Part shown: positions 8,922 through 17,986 of the stretch, piece by piece
Layout: the number at the start of each line of letters is the position of its first letter
Position numbering within the stretch: the first letter of the stretch is position 1
Assembly: GCA_965230295.1 (NCBI GenBank)
Contig: OZ246001.1
Span: forward strand, 64,001 to 128,000
Source: Marinicella sp.
GTDB taxonomy: Bacteria; Pseudomonadota; Gammaproteobacteria; Xanthomonadales; Marinicellaceae
Direction of reading: 5' to 3'
DNA length: 64,000 nucleotides
The notes under the pieces: model-generated
Told to the model about the DNA's origin: nothing
The model's input: only the letters and a program-made list of their open reading frames with translations
Databases searched by the model: none
Position numbers and translations under genes: made by a program

Positions 8922-10139
8922 TTATAGCTCAACTTTTTTCAAATCATCTAAATAGTCAGCCCATGCTTGCATCATTGACACCCTTTTTTCTAACCACTCG
9001 GCTTTATTGTATGTTGCCCTGATTCGGTCTTTATTGATATGAGCAAGTTGCAATTCAATAATATCTGGATCAAAACCCAGTTCATTTAACATGGTGCTGG
9101 CTGTGTGCCTGAAACCATGTGATGTCATGTAACCAGTTCCAAATGCCTTTCCAGTACTTGGGTTAATAATTCTTTTTAGAGCGTTAGTGGTAGTGTTTTC
9201 ACTGATTGGCTTACCCTTTCCATGACTGCTTACAAACACATATTCACCAATGCCAGTTAATGGATGAATGTTTTTCAAAATGTTTATGGATTGTTTTGAT
9301 AGAGGAACGGTTAGGGCTTTCCCTGTTTTCATTTCGCTTGCAGGCAACCTGATTAATTTTTCATCAAAATCTACATATTCCCATTTTAAGAACCTGATAT
9401 TTTTAGGCCTTAGAAAAACCAGTGGCATCAATTTCAATGCTTGAGTGGTTGCGAAATCTTGTCTTTTGCTTGGCTTATCAATTTGCTGTAACAGCACTCT
9501 CAGTTCATCAGGTGAAGTGATGTGAGCAAAGTTACCCTTTAGTTTTGAATCTGGTTTAGGAAGTAATTCAGCGAGGCCTTGAGCAGGGTTGTTTTCAACC
9601 ACACCCAAGATTAAAATTTCATTGTAAATACGCCTCAAAACATTCGCCATTCTTTGAGCAGTTTCTTTGGCTCCACGGTCACTCATTTTTAATGTGATTC
9701 TTAATAAATCAGCTGTGCTAAACTCATTTACCTTTTTCTTATCAAGGTAAGGAATTAAATTTTTCTGAATACGCTGTTCTAAATCTGAACGAGTTGAATC
9801 GGCAAGGTTTTGCTTTTCTAACCACTGGACAGCGTAATGGCTAAATCGCTTATTATCCAAATCTGCTTCAATCCGACTTTTTTCTTTAATGATTCTTGGA
9901 TGAACTCCTATTGCAACATGCTCTCTGGCTTCTCTGTGAGCGTCTCTGGCTTGTTTTAAGCTGATTTCTGGGTATTTGCCTATGGTATAGGTGCCTCTCT
10001 TTTTATCGAGCCTGTAATCATATTTCCAGCATTTATAACCAGATGGCTTGACCTGTAAATACAAGCCACCACCATCAAACAATTTGTATAGTTTTGTTTT
10101 GGCTCTTGCGCTTTTGACCTCAGTATGAGTAAGTGACAT
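8922..10139 (-). CDS. P4-like tyrosine integrase
   Basis: N-terminal arm-binding domain (KLFDGGGLYL, IGKYPEISL); catalytic R (FLRP), HGFRH, LAH, ATYN. Confidence 0.96.
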   Translation of the reverse strand: MSLTHTEVKSARAKTKLYKLFDGGGLYLQVKPSGYKCWKYDYRLDKKRGTYTIGKYPEISLKQARDAHREAREHVAIGVHPRIIKEKSRIEADLDNKRFSHYAVQWLEKQNLADSTRSDLEQRIQKNLIPYLDKKKVNEFSTADLLRITLKMSDRGAKETAQRMANVLRRIYNEILILGVVENNPAQGLAELLPKPDSKLKGNFAHITSPDELRVLLQQIDKPSKRQDFATTQALKLMPLVFLRPKNIRFLKWEYVDFDEKLIRLPASEMKTGKALTVPLSKQSINILKNIHPLTGIGEYVFVSSHGKGKPISENTTTNALKRIINPSTGKAFGTGYMTSHGFRHTASTMLNELGFDPDIIELQLAHINKDRIRATYNKAEWLEKRVSMMQAWADYLDDLKKVEL

Positions 10140-10171
10140 ATAACAATCCTTAAAATGTTGATTTTGGCTTT

Positions 10172-10195
10172 GGGAACCGTCAAGGGAACCGTCAA
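10172..10195 (+). repeat. tandem integrase arm-type sites
   Basis: GGGAACCGTCAA x2; related GGAACCGTCA at 5189-5198 at the other element end. Confidence 0.65.
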
Positions 10196-10311
10196 ATATA
10201 TCAGCTATTATAATACAGAATGGACTGATAAGGACTGTATATTATTGTTTTTATTGATTTTTTTATTTATATTAGTAATAAGAAATAGAATATAGAACTA
10301 CTTGTGGCGTT

Positions 10312-10325
10312 CTCTCTCACCGCCA
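10312..10325 (+). repeat. att core, integrase-side copy
   Basis: Duplicate of the tRNA-Ser 3' 14 bp. Confidence 0.9.
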
Positions 10326-10543
10326 ATTTATCAATGCCGCTGGCATTGATAAATTGGCTGTTCGAGACGGTGCCGAAGCCTCTGGGTTCGAAAAAAATGA
10401 CTGGATCATTTTTTGACACCGAAGGTGCACGTAGTGGCGCATACAGGATGTATGCGATCAATCCCCCTCCCTTACATTTGCTCACACGCCATAATTAAAC
10501 CATTTGCCGCTGGCATTGATAAATTGGCTGTTCGAGACGGTGC
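10322..10543 (+). repeat. tRNA-linked structured repeat (RtT-like)
   Basis: 17-bp perfect inverted repeat 10322-10358; 39-bp direct repeat 10335-10373/10505-10543; GGGTTCGA...AATCCC enclosing four small hairpins. Confidence 0.55.
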
Positions 10544-10580
10544 TGAACCTGAAGCCGAGTTGGTTTGAATCATCTAACTT

Positions 10581-10615
10581 ATACAAAAAACCCGCCTGAA
10601 GCGGGTTTTTTGTAT
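10581..10615. terminator. bidirectional intrinsic terminator
   Basis: ATACAAAAAACCCGC-ctgaa-GCGGGTTTTTTGTAT. Confidence 0.85.
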
Positions 10616-10636
10616 CTATGTCACTATAAGTTTTAC

Positions 10637-10810
10637 CTATATACCCTTAACCAGATTCCCCAATGCCAACAACACAAAACCGGCAAATAATGTCCAGTAC
10701 TCATAACCTGATACCACTGGTATTGAGGTCACTTTGGCTGAAACCACAGATAAGATAGCTAAAATAACAGCAATTAAAAAAACCACTTTTTTTGGTGCAC
10801 TTAAATTCAT
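10637..10810 (-). CDS. small two-TM membrane protein (57 aa, not in ORF track)
   Basis: Manual translation MNLSAPKKVVFLIAVILAILSVVS...YWTLFAGFVLLALGNLVKGI*; AGAGGA RBS; terminator downstream. Confidence 0.75.
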   Translation of the reverse strand: MNLSAPKKVVFLIAVILAILSVVSAKVTSIPVVSGYEYWTLFAGFVLLALGNLVKGI

Positions 10811-10928
10811 ACTTTTTCCTCTTTTTAATATTATTTTGTTGGCTCACCAATCCTCAACATTCAACATAAGAACAGATGAGCCACATCATCTTGTCAGATG
10901 GGTTTTTAATTTTCAAGTTAATATTATG

Positions 10929-12140
10929 TTAATGCTTGTGGAAAAGTTCTGTATATTCAGTCATTTGCATCAATTCATCATGGCTAAGTGACATGTATTT
11001 TGTTCTTAAAAAATGCACTGATTTAAGTAATTTGAAGGCATCTAACCATTCATCAACAAATTGCAGCCATCGCACCTCGGATTTGATTTGAACCATCGAT
11101 TGAGTCAAAACATCATCCAGTTGCCAATAATCATTCAATCCTTGGTCATCGGTCGGCTTTTGTCTGGTTTGAAAATACCGAGTTAAACTTCTGCGCCAAT
11201 CCTTAATGACATGAAAGATTTTGGGGTGGTAATATAAAACCGCTTCATCTGCTTGATTTTGCAGTCTTATTTGTGTGATTGCGGGCCCTGTTCCAAAAGG
11301 AACACGTTCAGAAAACCTGATCTTGATTTCAACCACAGGTTCACGAGGTTGTTCGATAACACCAACTTTAGCCAACTTATTGAGCAGGTAAAAATCTTCA
11401 CCGCCACTTCTTTTCGGAAATCCCCGTACCTTTGCATAACTGGCTGCGTGAATAACCAATGTGCTGCCCAGGGGAATGTAATTATAGGGACTGCCTATGA
11501 AAGTCATGGCATGTTGGTAATACCTTAATTTAAAGTCATATTGCTGCTGCTCAGCTTCACCAGGCTGGTTTTCACCTGTGTGATCAAATGGTAAACTGAT
11601 GGCTGATGTGTTCTCAGGTACTTGGCAAATCACAGCAAAATACCCCATTGGCAAGACCACGTCGGCATCTGTGCTAAAGATCCATGGTTGTTTAATGACT
11701 TGGCTGTCAATCATTCTCAAAGCAGTATCAGCTGCAATTCGCCTGGCCAGACCAACGCCCTGTTGCTCTGGAAATGGAGCGTCATTAAAGTCAAGTAACA
11801 GCAAATCCACACCCAAACATCCCAATAACAAAGTATGCTTATCGGTTATTTGCAAACGTGTTTTTGCCTGTCCTGTCAAATGTTGGTTTAGTTTTGAGTT
11901 TTCTGCTTGCCACTGATCGGTTTTTGCATGCCCTAATGGTAGGTTGACCAATAAAATCACCAAGACTGATGATTCATATTGATGCTTCATGACCGTTTGT
12001 AAAAAATTGAGAGGCTCCCCGCATACAGGAATCAATAAAACATGGTCCCAACAGCAGTCACTTGGCCACAAACCCAGATCAATGGCATGGCTGTAGTTAT
12101 TGAGGTATTGTTGTATGGACTTGCTTTCAGCCGTCTTCAA
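10929..12140 (-). CDS. glycosyltransferase family A-like protein
   Basis: LLIPV, GVGLARRI, STDAD (DxD), GFPKRSGGEDFY, RFSERVPFGTG. Confidence 0.7.
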   Translation of the reverse strand: MKTAESKSIQQYLNNYSHAIDLGLWPSDCCWDHVLLIPVCGEPLNFLQTVMKHQYESSVLVILLVNLPLGHAKTDQWQAENSKLNQHLTGQAKTRLQITDKHTLLLGCLGVDLLLLDFNDAPFPEQQGVGLARRIAADTALRMIDSQVIKQPWIFSTDADVVLPMGYFAVICQVPENTSAISLPFDHTGENQPGEAEQQQYDFKLRYYQHAMTFIGSPYNYIPLGSTLVIHAASYAKVRGFPKRSGGEDFYLLNKLAKVGVIEQPREPVVEIKIRFSERVPFGTGPAITQIRLQNQADEAVLYYHPKIFHVIKDWRRSLTRYFQTRQKPTDDQGLNDYWQLDDVLTQSMVQIKSEVRWLQFVDEWLDAFKLLKSVHFLRTKYMSLSHDELMQMTEYTELFHKH

Positions 12141-12721
12141 TGCACAGCCGCACGAAATGGTAGGTTGGAGACTATTTCAGCTTCTGCATCTAGCAATTCA
12201 TCCAATCTGGCTTTGACTTCCTGGCTGTCGTAATATTGATGTGCTAATTTCACAAACAATGTGTAATGACGGTACTCGGCTTTGGCCAAACGCACATAGA
12301 AATCCTTCATCTTTGGATCTTCTAAAGACTCACCCATCATCATGAAACGTTCATGACCCCGCTTTTCAACAATGCTAAAAATTAGCAAACGATCTAACAA
12401 GTAAACCCGGCCATCTTTCCTGATTAAACCAAGGAGTTTACGAATATAGGGATCTTTTTCATCATTATCCTGCTGTAAACCACGATCTAGCATGATTTTC
12501 ATGACTTCACGAAAATGTGCCATTTCTTCCATGGCCAAATCAATCATGCCCCTGATCAAATCTGGTTTATCAGGGTAATGCTGGACCATAGACATGGCCA
12601 AAGCCGCGGCTTTGCGTTCACAGGCAGCGTGGTCTTTTAAAAAAGCATCAAAGTCGGATTTTGCCACATCGACCCATTCAGGAGCGGTTTGCACCCGAAG
12701 TTCATATTCCATGTCAGACAT
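12137..12721 (-). CDS. miaE: tRNA-(ms2io6A) hydroxylase MiaE (ferritin-like)
   Basis: DHAACERKAA, EEMAHF, EKRGHERF, EYRH di-iron motifs. Confidence 0.88.
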   Translation of the reverse strand: MSDMEYELRVQTAPEWVDVAKSDFDAFLKDHAACERKAAALAMSMVQHYPDKPDLIRGMIDLAMEEMAHFREVMKIMLDRGLQQDNDEKDPYIRKLLGLIRKDGRVYLLDRLLIFSIVEKRGHERFMMMGESLEDPKMKDFYVRLAKAEYRHYTLFVKLAHQYYDSQEVKARLDELLDAEAEIVSNLPFRAAVH

Positions 12722-13363
12722 TCAGATCAGTCCTAATTCCAAAGCTTTTAACACTGCACGAGTTCGGTCTCGAACACCCAATTTAGAAAGTATATTGGAT
12801 ACATGGTTTTTTACAGTACCTTCAGCCACAAAAATTGAGTTGGCTATTTCCTTGTTGCTGTATCCTCCGGCCATCAAACGCAGGATTTCAGTTTCCCTGT
12901 TGGTTAAGGGATCGGGCCTTTCAAAACTAATGAAATCATTCTTTAAGCCTTCAACACTGTCTAAAATTCTTTCTGTGATTTGTGGTCGCACGATGGTTTT
13001 ACCATCTGCCACTTGTTTAATCCCTTCAACCAGTTCCTCAAGTGGAACATCTTTCAATAAATAACCTTTGGCACCAGCTTTTACACCGGCCAAGATCAAT
13101 TCTTCGTCATCAAAAGTGGTTAAGATTATGGTTGGGGGCAATTGATTAACTTGAGACAATTCATGCAAAACATCCAATCCCGACATGCCTGGCATGCGCA
13201 TATCCAACAACACCACATCAGGCTTCAGCTCAGGAACCATTTCAAGGGCTTCCTGGCCCGAACGGGCTTCACCAATCACTTCAATGTCATCAGCAATTTC
13301 TAACAATGCCTGAACACCTTGTCTCACCAAATTTTGATCATCTACAAGTAATACTTTAATCAT
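12722..13363 (-). CDS. NarL/LuxR family response regulator
   Basis: LLVDDQ, LLDMRMP, GYLLKD; LTNRETEIL...TVKNHVSNILSKL. Confidence 0.95.
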   Translation of the reverse strand: MIKVLLVDDQNLVRQGVQALLEIADDIEVIGEARSGQEALEMVPELKPDVVLLDMRMPGMSGLDVLHELSQVNQLPPTIILTTFDDEELILAGVKAGAKGYLLKDVPLEELVEGIKQVADGKTIVRPQITERILDSVEGLKNDFISFERPDPLTNRETEILRLMAGGYSNKEIANSIFVAEGTVKNHVSNILSKLGVRDRTRAVLKALELGLI

Positions 13364-13387
13364 GAGTTTCTCTGTTGTTACATTCCA

Positions 13388-14512
13388 TTAGGCTGGAAAA
13401 GTCAACGTGCATTTTAACCCTTTTTCTGAATCATAAACACACTGACCATTAAGTAATTTAACACGTTCAGCCATTCCTGTCATGCCATTACCCATTTCCG
13501 ATTGCCCCAATCCAATGCCATTGTCCTGTACCACCAAAATCACGCTACTGGGTGTCCGTTCTAACTGCACTTTCAAATGGCTGGCTTGCGCATGTTTCAT
13601 GGTGTTGGTGATCAATTCCTGTGCACAGCGTAAAATGGTTTGGGCCAGCTTCGGGTCTTCCACCAAAAAGTTATCTGGAATTTCCTGGGTCACGTTTAAT
13701 CTTGGTAAACCAGACAACAATTCTTTGATGGCCAAGCCTAAATCCAACGTGCCTGATTGTCGAAATTTCCCCACCACTTCTCGAACATCGGCCAATAATA
13801 ACCGGGCAATTGAATGGGCTTTTTTAACGTAGGATTGTGGTTTACCATCTGTCATGTGAGATGCGGCTTCCAGATTCAACGTCAAGGCCGTTAAATGATG
13901 ACCAATCAAGTCATGCAATTCCCTTGAAATACGCAGTCGTTCATTGATTCTCGAACTGTCTGCCAACAGCACTTGCGTCGCTTTCAATTCTGTATTTAAC
14001 ATCCTCAACTCTTCCTTGGCATTTTGCTGTCGGAACGCCACCAAAGAAATGATGAATGAAAAAACCGAAACACCCAAGTAAATCAGAAACAAAACGTAGT
14101 ATTGGGTGCGGTTGTCCAGGTCACTGCCAATATAACTGAACTGCATCCCAATCAGAAGGTTACATACAGTCAGTAAGATCAGACTTTCTTTCAGTGGGAA
14201 CAACCAAGCCAATAACACTGAAATGATGAGGGCATACCAAATTCCGGTGGCACTGTCAGTGATGTGATTAATGATCAGCACCAACCCGATCAGGATGAGG
14301 ATCGACACCCAGGCCTTGAGCTTAAAACTCATTTGGCCTATGTTATTGGTTACAAACCAAAATACCAGGCCAAACAACACATGAGAGGCCAGATAAACGT
14401 TGAATGTCTGATTGAAACTTTCGTACTGAAAGAATAATTGAATCGATAAGCTGAGCCAAATAATCAGCCCAGCCAATCGGATCAATCTGATGTGTGAGTA
14501 ACGATAAACCAT
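13388..14512 (-). CDS. HisKA_3 sensor histidine kinase
   Basis: TM N-terminus; ERLRISRELHDLIGH, QELITNTMKH, DNGIG, GNGMTGM. Confidence 0.95.
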   Translation of the reverse strand: MVYRYSHIRLIRLAGLIIWLSLSIQLFFQYESFNQTFNVYLASHVLFGLVFWFVTNNIGQMSFKLKAWVSILILIGLVLIINHITDSATGIWYALIISVLLAWLFPLKESLILLTVCNLLIGMQFSYIGSDLDNRTQYYVLFLIYLGVSVFSFIISLVAFRQQNAKEELRMLNTELKATQVLLADSSRINERLRISRELHDLIGHHLTALTLNLEAASHMTDGKPQSYVKKAHSIARLLLADVREVVGKFRQSGTLDLGLAIKELLSGLPRLNVTQEIPDNFLVEDPKLAQTILRCAQELITNTMKHAQASHLKVQLERTPSSVILVVQDNGIGLGQSEMGNGMTGMAERVKLLNGQCVYDSEKGLKCTLTFPA

Positions 14513-14538
14513 GATTTATTGTCTCACATTTTTTTCCT

Positions 14539-15762
14539 TTATTTGATGATGAATTTATTGTCGCCTTTGCGAACCACTTCTCTACTGATGGTGGTTTCTC
14601 CAACCAACCAAAAATAAGTACTTTGAGAACTGGTGAGGGGTCTTTCAACCAGTACAGTCTGATTTTTCACATACAAAACATCGTCTTCTTTGAGCTGATT
14701 GACAGAAATACTCAATCCCACTCTTTTGTTTCTGACATGTGTACGTCGCAAATCATCTTGGTCATCGGCAGCTGTATCAACGGCAATGAAATCCAGGTTC
14801 GTGGGCTTGACCTCTTCAACCACTTCCACTTTCTTCTTTTCATCAGGCGTGTCTCCTGCTACAGCTTCAGGGTCTTTTTGGTATTTGCCACTGCCTTTTT
14901 CAACTAATTTATGTATGGCTGGGTCATAAGGCTCTTTCATCCAGTAAAAAAGAACCACACCCTGGTTGATGAATCTCTTGACCAACACCACTGATCCTTT
15001 GATGAACAGTTCATCTTTTCTTTTGATGCTGCTATAGCTCAACGTTTTTTCAACCCGTTTGGTACGTGCATGTCGTTTACGTAAATCTTCTTTATTTCTT
15101 TCTAAGACTTCTTCTGAACCAATAACCGCTTGCTCCTGAGCAGGAACAGCTGCTTGGGGTGTTGGTGCGGGCTCTGCAGCCACAGCGGGCTCAGTCACAG
15201 GCGGAGGCGTCTCCTTTACTGGTGTCGCAGGTTCTGTAGGCGTTTTTTCTGCTACAGCTTCTTTGCTTGTGGCGTTGGCGGTGGGAACCGTAATTTCCAT
15301 GGTGCCTATTCCTTCAAGCAATTCTTTACCGTTACTGTTGAAATCTGTGTCGCCAAAATCCGGGGCTTCAACTTCGGTATCTATCTCGGGTTTTTCAATG
15401 ATGACCTGTTTTTGGACGGTCGCATTGCCGTTTGAGGAAGATGATATTTTAGCCACTTTTGCACCTTTCACTGCAGAAATTGCTATGCTTTTGTAAAGGG
15501 AGTCGGTAAAGCTCATTTGTACATCACGCTCACCGGTATTGGTCAAAGCATTTCTGATGGTGTTGTGCCAATCGGCGGGTGCTGTGATCTTCAATAACCA
15601 GTTTTGCTTATAAGCTTGTGCGCCTATATCAGCCATTTTATTGCTGAAATCAGTTTGTAAATACTGGTTTTCTGTCATGCCCCATGAGGGCAATTGTGCC
15701 CAGCCATTAAAACTGAAGATAAGCAAGGCTGCGATCATTATTTTACGTGTGGATGGTTTCAT
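14539..15762 (-). CDS. secreted hypothetical protein with Pro/Ala/Glu linker and duplicated C-terminal domain
   Basis: Signal peptide; low-complexity linker; two similar ~70-aa units; overlaps the fumC stop. Confidence 0.8.
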   Translation of the reverse strand: MKPSTRKIMIAALLIFSFNGWAQLPSWGMTENQYLQTDFSNKMADIGAQAYKQNWLLKITAPADWHNTIRNALTNTGERDVQMSFTDSLYKSIAISAVKGAKVAKISSSSNGNATVQKQVIIEKPEIDTEVEAPDFGDTDFNSNGKELLEGIGTMEITVPTANATSKEAVAEKTPTEPATPVKETPPPVTEPAVAAEPAPTPQAAVPAQEQAVIGSEEVLERNKEDLRKRHARTKRVEKTLSYSSIKRKDELFIKGSVVLVKRFINQGVVLFYWMKEPYDPAIHKLVEKGSGKYQKDPEAVAGDTPDEKKKVEVVEEVKPTNLDFIAVDTAADDQDDLRRTHVRNKRVGLSISVNQLKEDDVLYVKNQTVLVERPLTSSQSTYFWLVGETTISREVVRKGDNKFIIK

Positions 15763-17144
15763 TATTTTTCCTCAATACCGCCGGTAGTCAATTTAATCGG
15801 GTCTAATATGGCTTTTATTTCAGCCTCAGACAAGTCTGTGTTTTCTAATGTAACGTCTAAAACAGAACGTTTCTCTTTATAAGCTTGCTTGGCTATTTTA
15901 GCACCAAGATCATAGCCAATCACTGCATTCAATGCGGTGACTAATATGGGATTTTTACCCACATTTTCACTGACAGCATCGTGGTTAACTTTGAAACCTT
16001 TGATGGCGCTGTTGGCCAGCTCTACACTGGCAGTACTCAAAATATGAATGCTCTGTAAAATATTATAAGCAATCACCGGTAACATTACGTTAAGCTGAAA
16101 ATTGCCTGATTGTCCAGCAACAGTTACTGTGGCATCGTTACCAATGACCTGGGCACAAACCATAGCCATCGCTTCGGGAATGACCGGGTTAACCTTACCA
16201 GGCATGATGCTGCTTCCTGGCTGTAAAGACGGCAATTCTATTTCGCCAATACCAGCCAATGGTCCTGAGTTCATCCACCGCAAATCATTGGCCACTTTCA
16301 TCAATGTTGTGGCAATCACTTTCAATTGACCTGAAAGTTCCACAATATTATCTTGGGCACTGATGCCATCAAACTTATTGACCATAGAACTGAATTCAAC
16401 GCCTGTTTCAGAGGTCAGTTTTTCGGCAAACAATTCACCAAAGCGGGCATCGGCATTGACGCCTGTTCCCACAGCAGTACCCCCTTGAGGTAACTGAGAA
16501 ACCCGTTTCAAAGTGTCACTCAAACGCGCCATGTTGGTTTCGATGGTGCTGGCCCAGGTATTCAATTCTTGACCGAAAGTCACTGGCATGGCATCCATTA
16601 AATGGGTTCTGCCTGTCTTAACCACATCATCCAATTCATTGGCTTTGTTGCGGCATACAGCAACAAACTCAGACAATGCTGGCAACAAAGTTTCACTCAC
16701 ATTCAATGTGCAGCTGACCGCAATGGCTGTAGGGATCACGTCATTAGAGCTCTGCCCCATATTGACATGATCATTGGGGTGAATGAACAATTCATCGGTA
16801 CTGGCTAAATGAGAAATCACTTCATTACAGTTCATATTGGAACTGGTGCCTGAGCCGGTTTGGAATACATCAATGGGAAAATGTTGGTCTACAGATCCAG
16901 ACTGTACTTGGACAGCTGCTTGCTTGACTGCATCACAAATCGTTTGATCCATGTGGCCCAATGATTGATTGGCCTCTGCTGCCGCTGCTTTGATCAAACC
17001 CAAAGCTTTGATGAATTCTCGTGGCATACTTAAACCACTGATGGGGAAATTGTTGATGGCTCTTTGTGTTTGTGCGCCATACAAAGCATCTACGGGCACT
17101 TTCAATTCGCCCATACTGTCTTTTTCAATGCGATATTCAGTCAT
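15762..17144 (-). CDS. fumC: class II fumarate hydratase
   Basis: GSSIMPGKVNP signature, QTGSGTSSNMN, GRTHLMDA. Confidence 0.97.
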   Translation of the reverse strand: MTEYRIEKDSMGELKVPVDALYGAQTQRAINNFPISGLSMPREFIKALGLIKAAAAEANQSLGHMDQTICDAVKQAAVQVQSGSVDQHFPIDVFQTGSGTSSNMNCNEVISHLASTDELFIHPNDHVNMGQSSNDVIPTAIAVSCTLNVSETLLPALSEFVAVCRNKANELDDVVKTGRTHLMDAMPVTFGQELNTWASTIETNMARLSDTLKRVSQLPQGGTAVGTGVNADARFGELFAEKLTSETGVEFSSMVNKFDGISAQDNIVELSGQLKVIATTLMKVANDLRWMNSGPLAGIGEIELPSLQPGSSIMPGKVNPVIPEAMAMVCAQVIGNDATVTVAGQSGNFQLNVMLPVIAYNILQSIHILSTASVELANSAIKGFKVNHDAVSENVGKNPILVTALNAVIGYDLGAKIAKQAYKEKRSVLDVTLENTDLSEAEIKAILDPIKLTTGGIEEK

Positions 17145-17324
17145 GTTTCAGCTGGATTAAAAATGAGCCGAAATTATAAACCAATTGGCCTCATATTGAA
17201 GAGCTAATTCAATTAAATCAATGGTTTCTACACGATTAAGTCAACATTTTATACAATCGTTTACAGTTGTTAAAAATGTGGCATGTAGATTTCATCATAA
17301 CAACAATTTTTGTCATCTTCAGTA

Positions 17325-17876
17325 TTAAAAACCAGAACCAGGTTGGGTTAAAAATTCCACCTCTTCCGGAGAGGATTCACGGTTTAGCACATGATTCCTG
17401 TGTGGGTATCGCCCAAAACGATCGATGATTTTTTTATGCTTATACTCAAATGCTAAATTGTTTTCCAATCCAGGACGAGAAAACATGGTCACAGCTTGTT
17501 CGTGTATCAGGGCGGATTCACTGTGCATCAGTGGCATGTATAAAAATGAGAGTTTACTTGGTTGATCAAAAAATGCTTGATCAGCACCTACATCAATGGC
17601 TGCTTGGGTCAAGGCTACAGCAACAAAATCATGGGCAAAGGCGGCAGCCTCGTTTCGAAACATGTTCCTTGAAAATTGATCCAAAACTATGATCTCAGCC
17701 AAACGTCCCTCGGGCTCTTGTCGCCAAGAATACAACTCGCCACAAATGGCTTGTTGGTATAAATTCAGAAAACGGGATTTGATCAAGGCATCAAATTTTG
17801 CATCTTTGGACCACCATTGTTTGGGCTCTATTTCCTCGAACCAAAAGTGCAGCACATTTGCAGCATCCATATTCAT
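17325..17876 (-). CDS. DUF924 family protein
   Basis: IIVLDQFSRNMFR, FLYMPLMHSE, RFGRYPHRN. Confidence 0.93.
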   Translation of the reverse strand: MNMDAANVLHFWFEEIEPKQWWSKDAKFDALIKSRFLNLYQQAICGELYSWRQEPEGRLAEIIVLDQFSRNMFRNEAAAFAHDFVAVALTQAAIDVGADQAFFDQPSKLSFLYMPLMHSESALIHEQAVTMFSRPGLENNLAFEYKHKKIIDRFGRYPHRNHVLNRESSPEEVEFLTQPGSGF

Positions 17877-17986
17877 TACCTTCAGTCTTAAAAATACTTA
17901 TGATAACAAAAATTGGAGCACCCTTGTGCCTACACTGGAATCGGCCCAAGCAATGATCAGTGCCACCAACCTCTTGGTGGTTCTGA

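Larger units (their letters stand above)
5121..10325. mobile_element. integrative element / putative phage satellite in tRNA-Ser
   Basis: CTCTCTCACCGCCA repeated at 5121-5134 and 10312-10325; encloses integrase, AlpA, HTH and AAA ATPase genes; visibly AT-rich. Confidence 0.9.

Noticed and set aside
10267-10498. Short ORFs over the att site and structured repeat
   Set aside because: Explained by the repeat; no coding features
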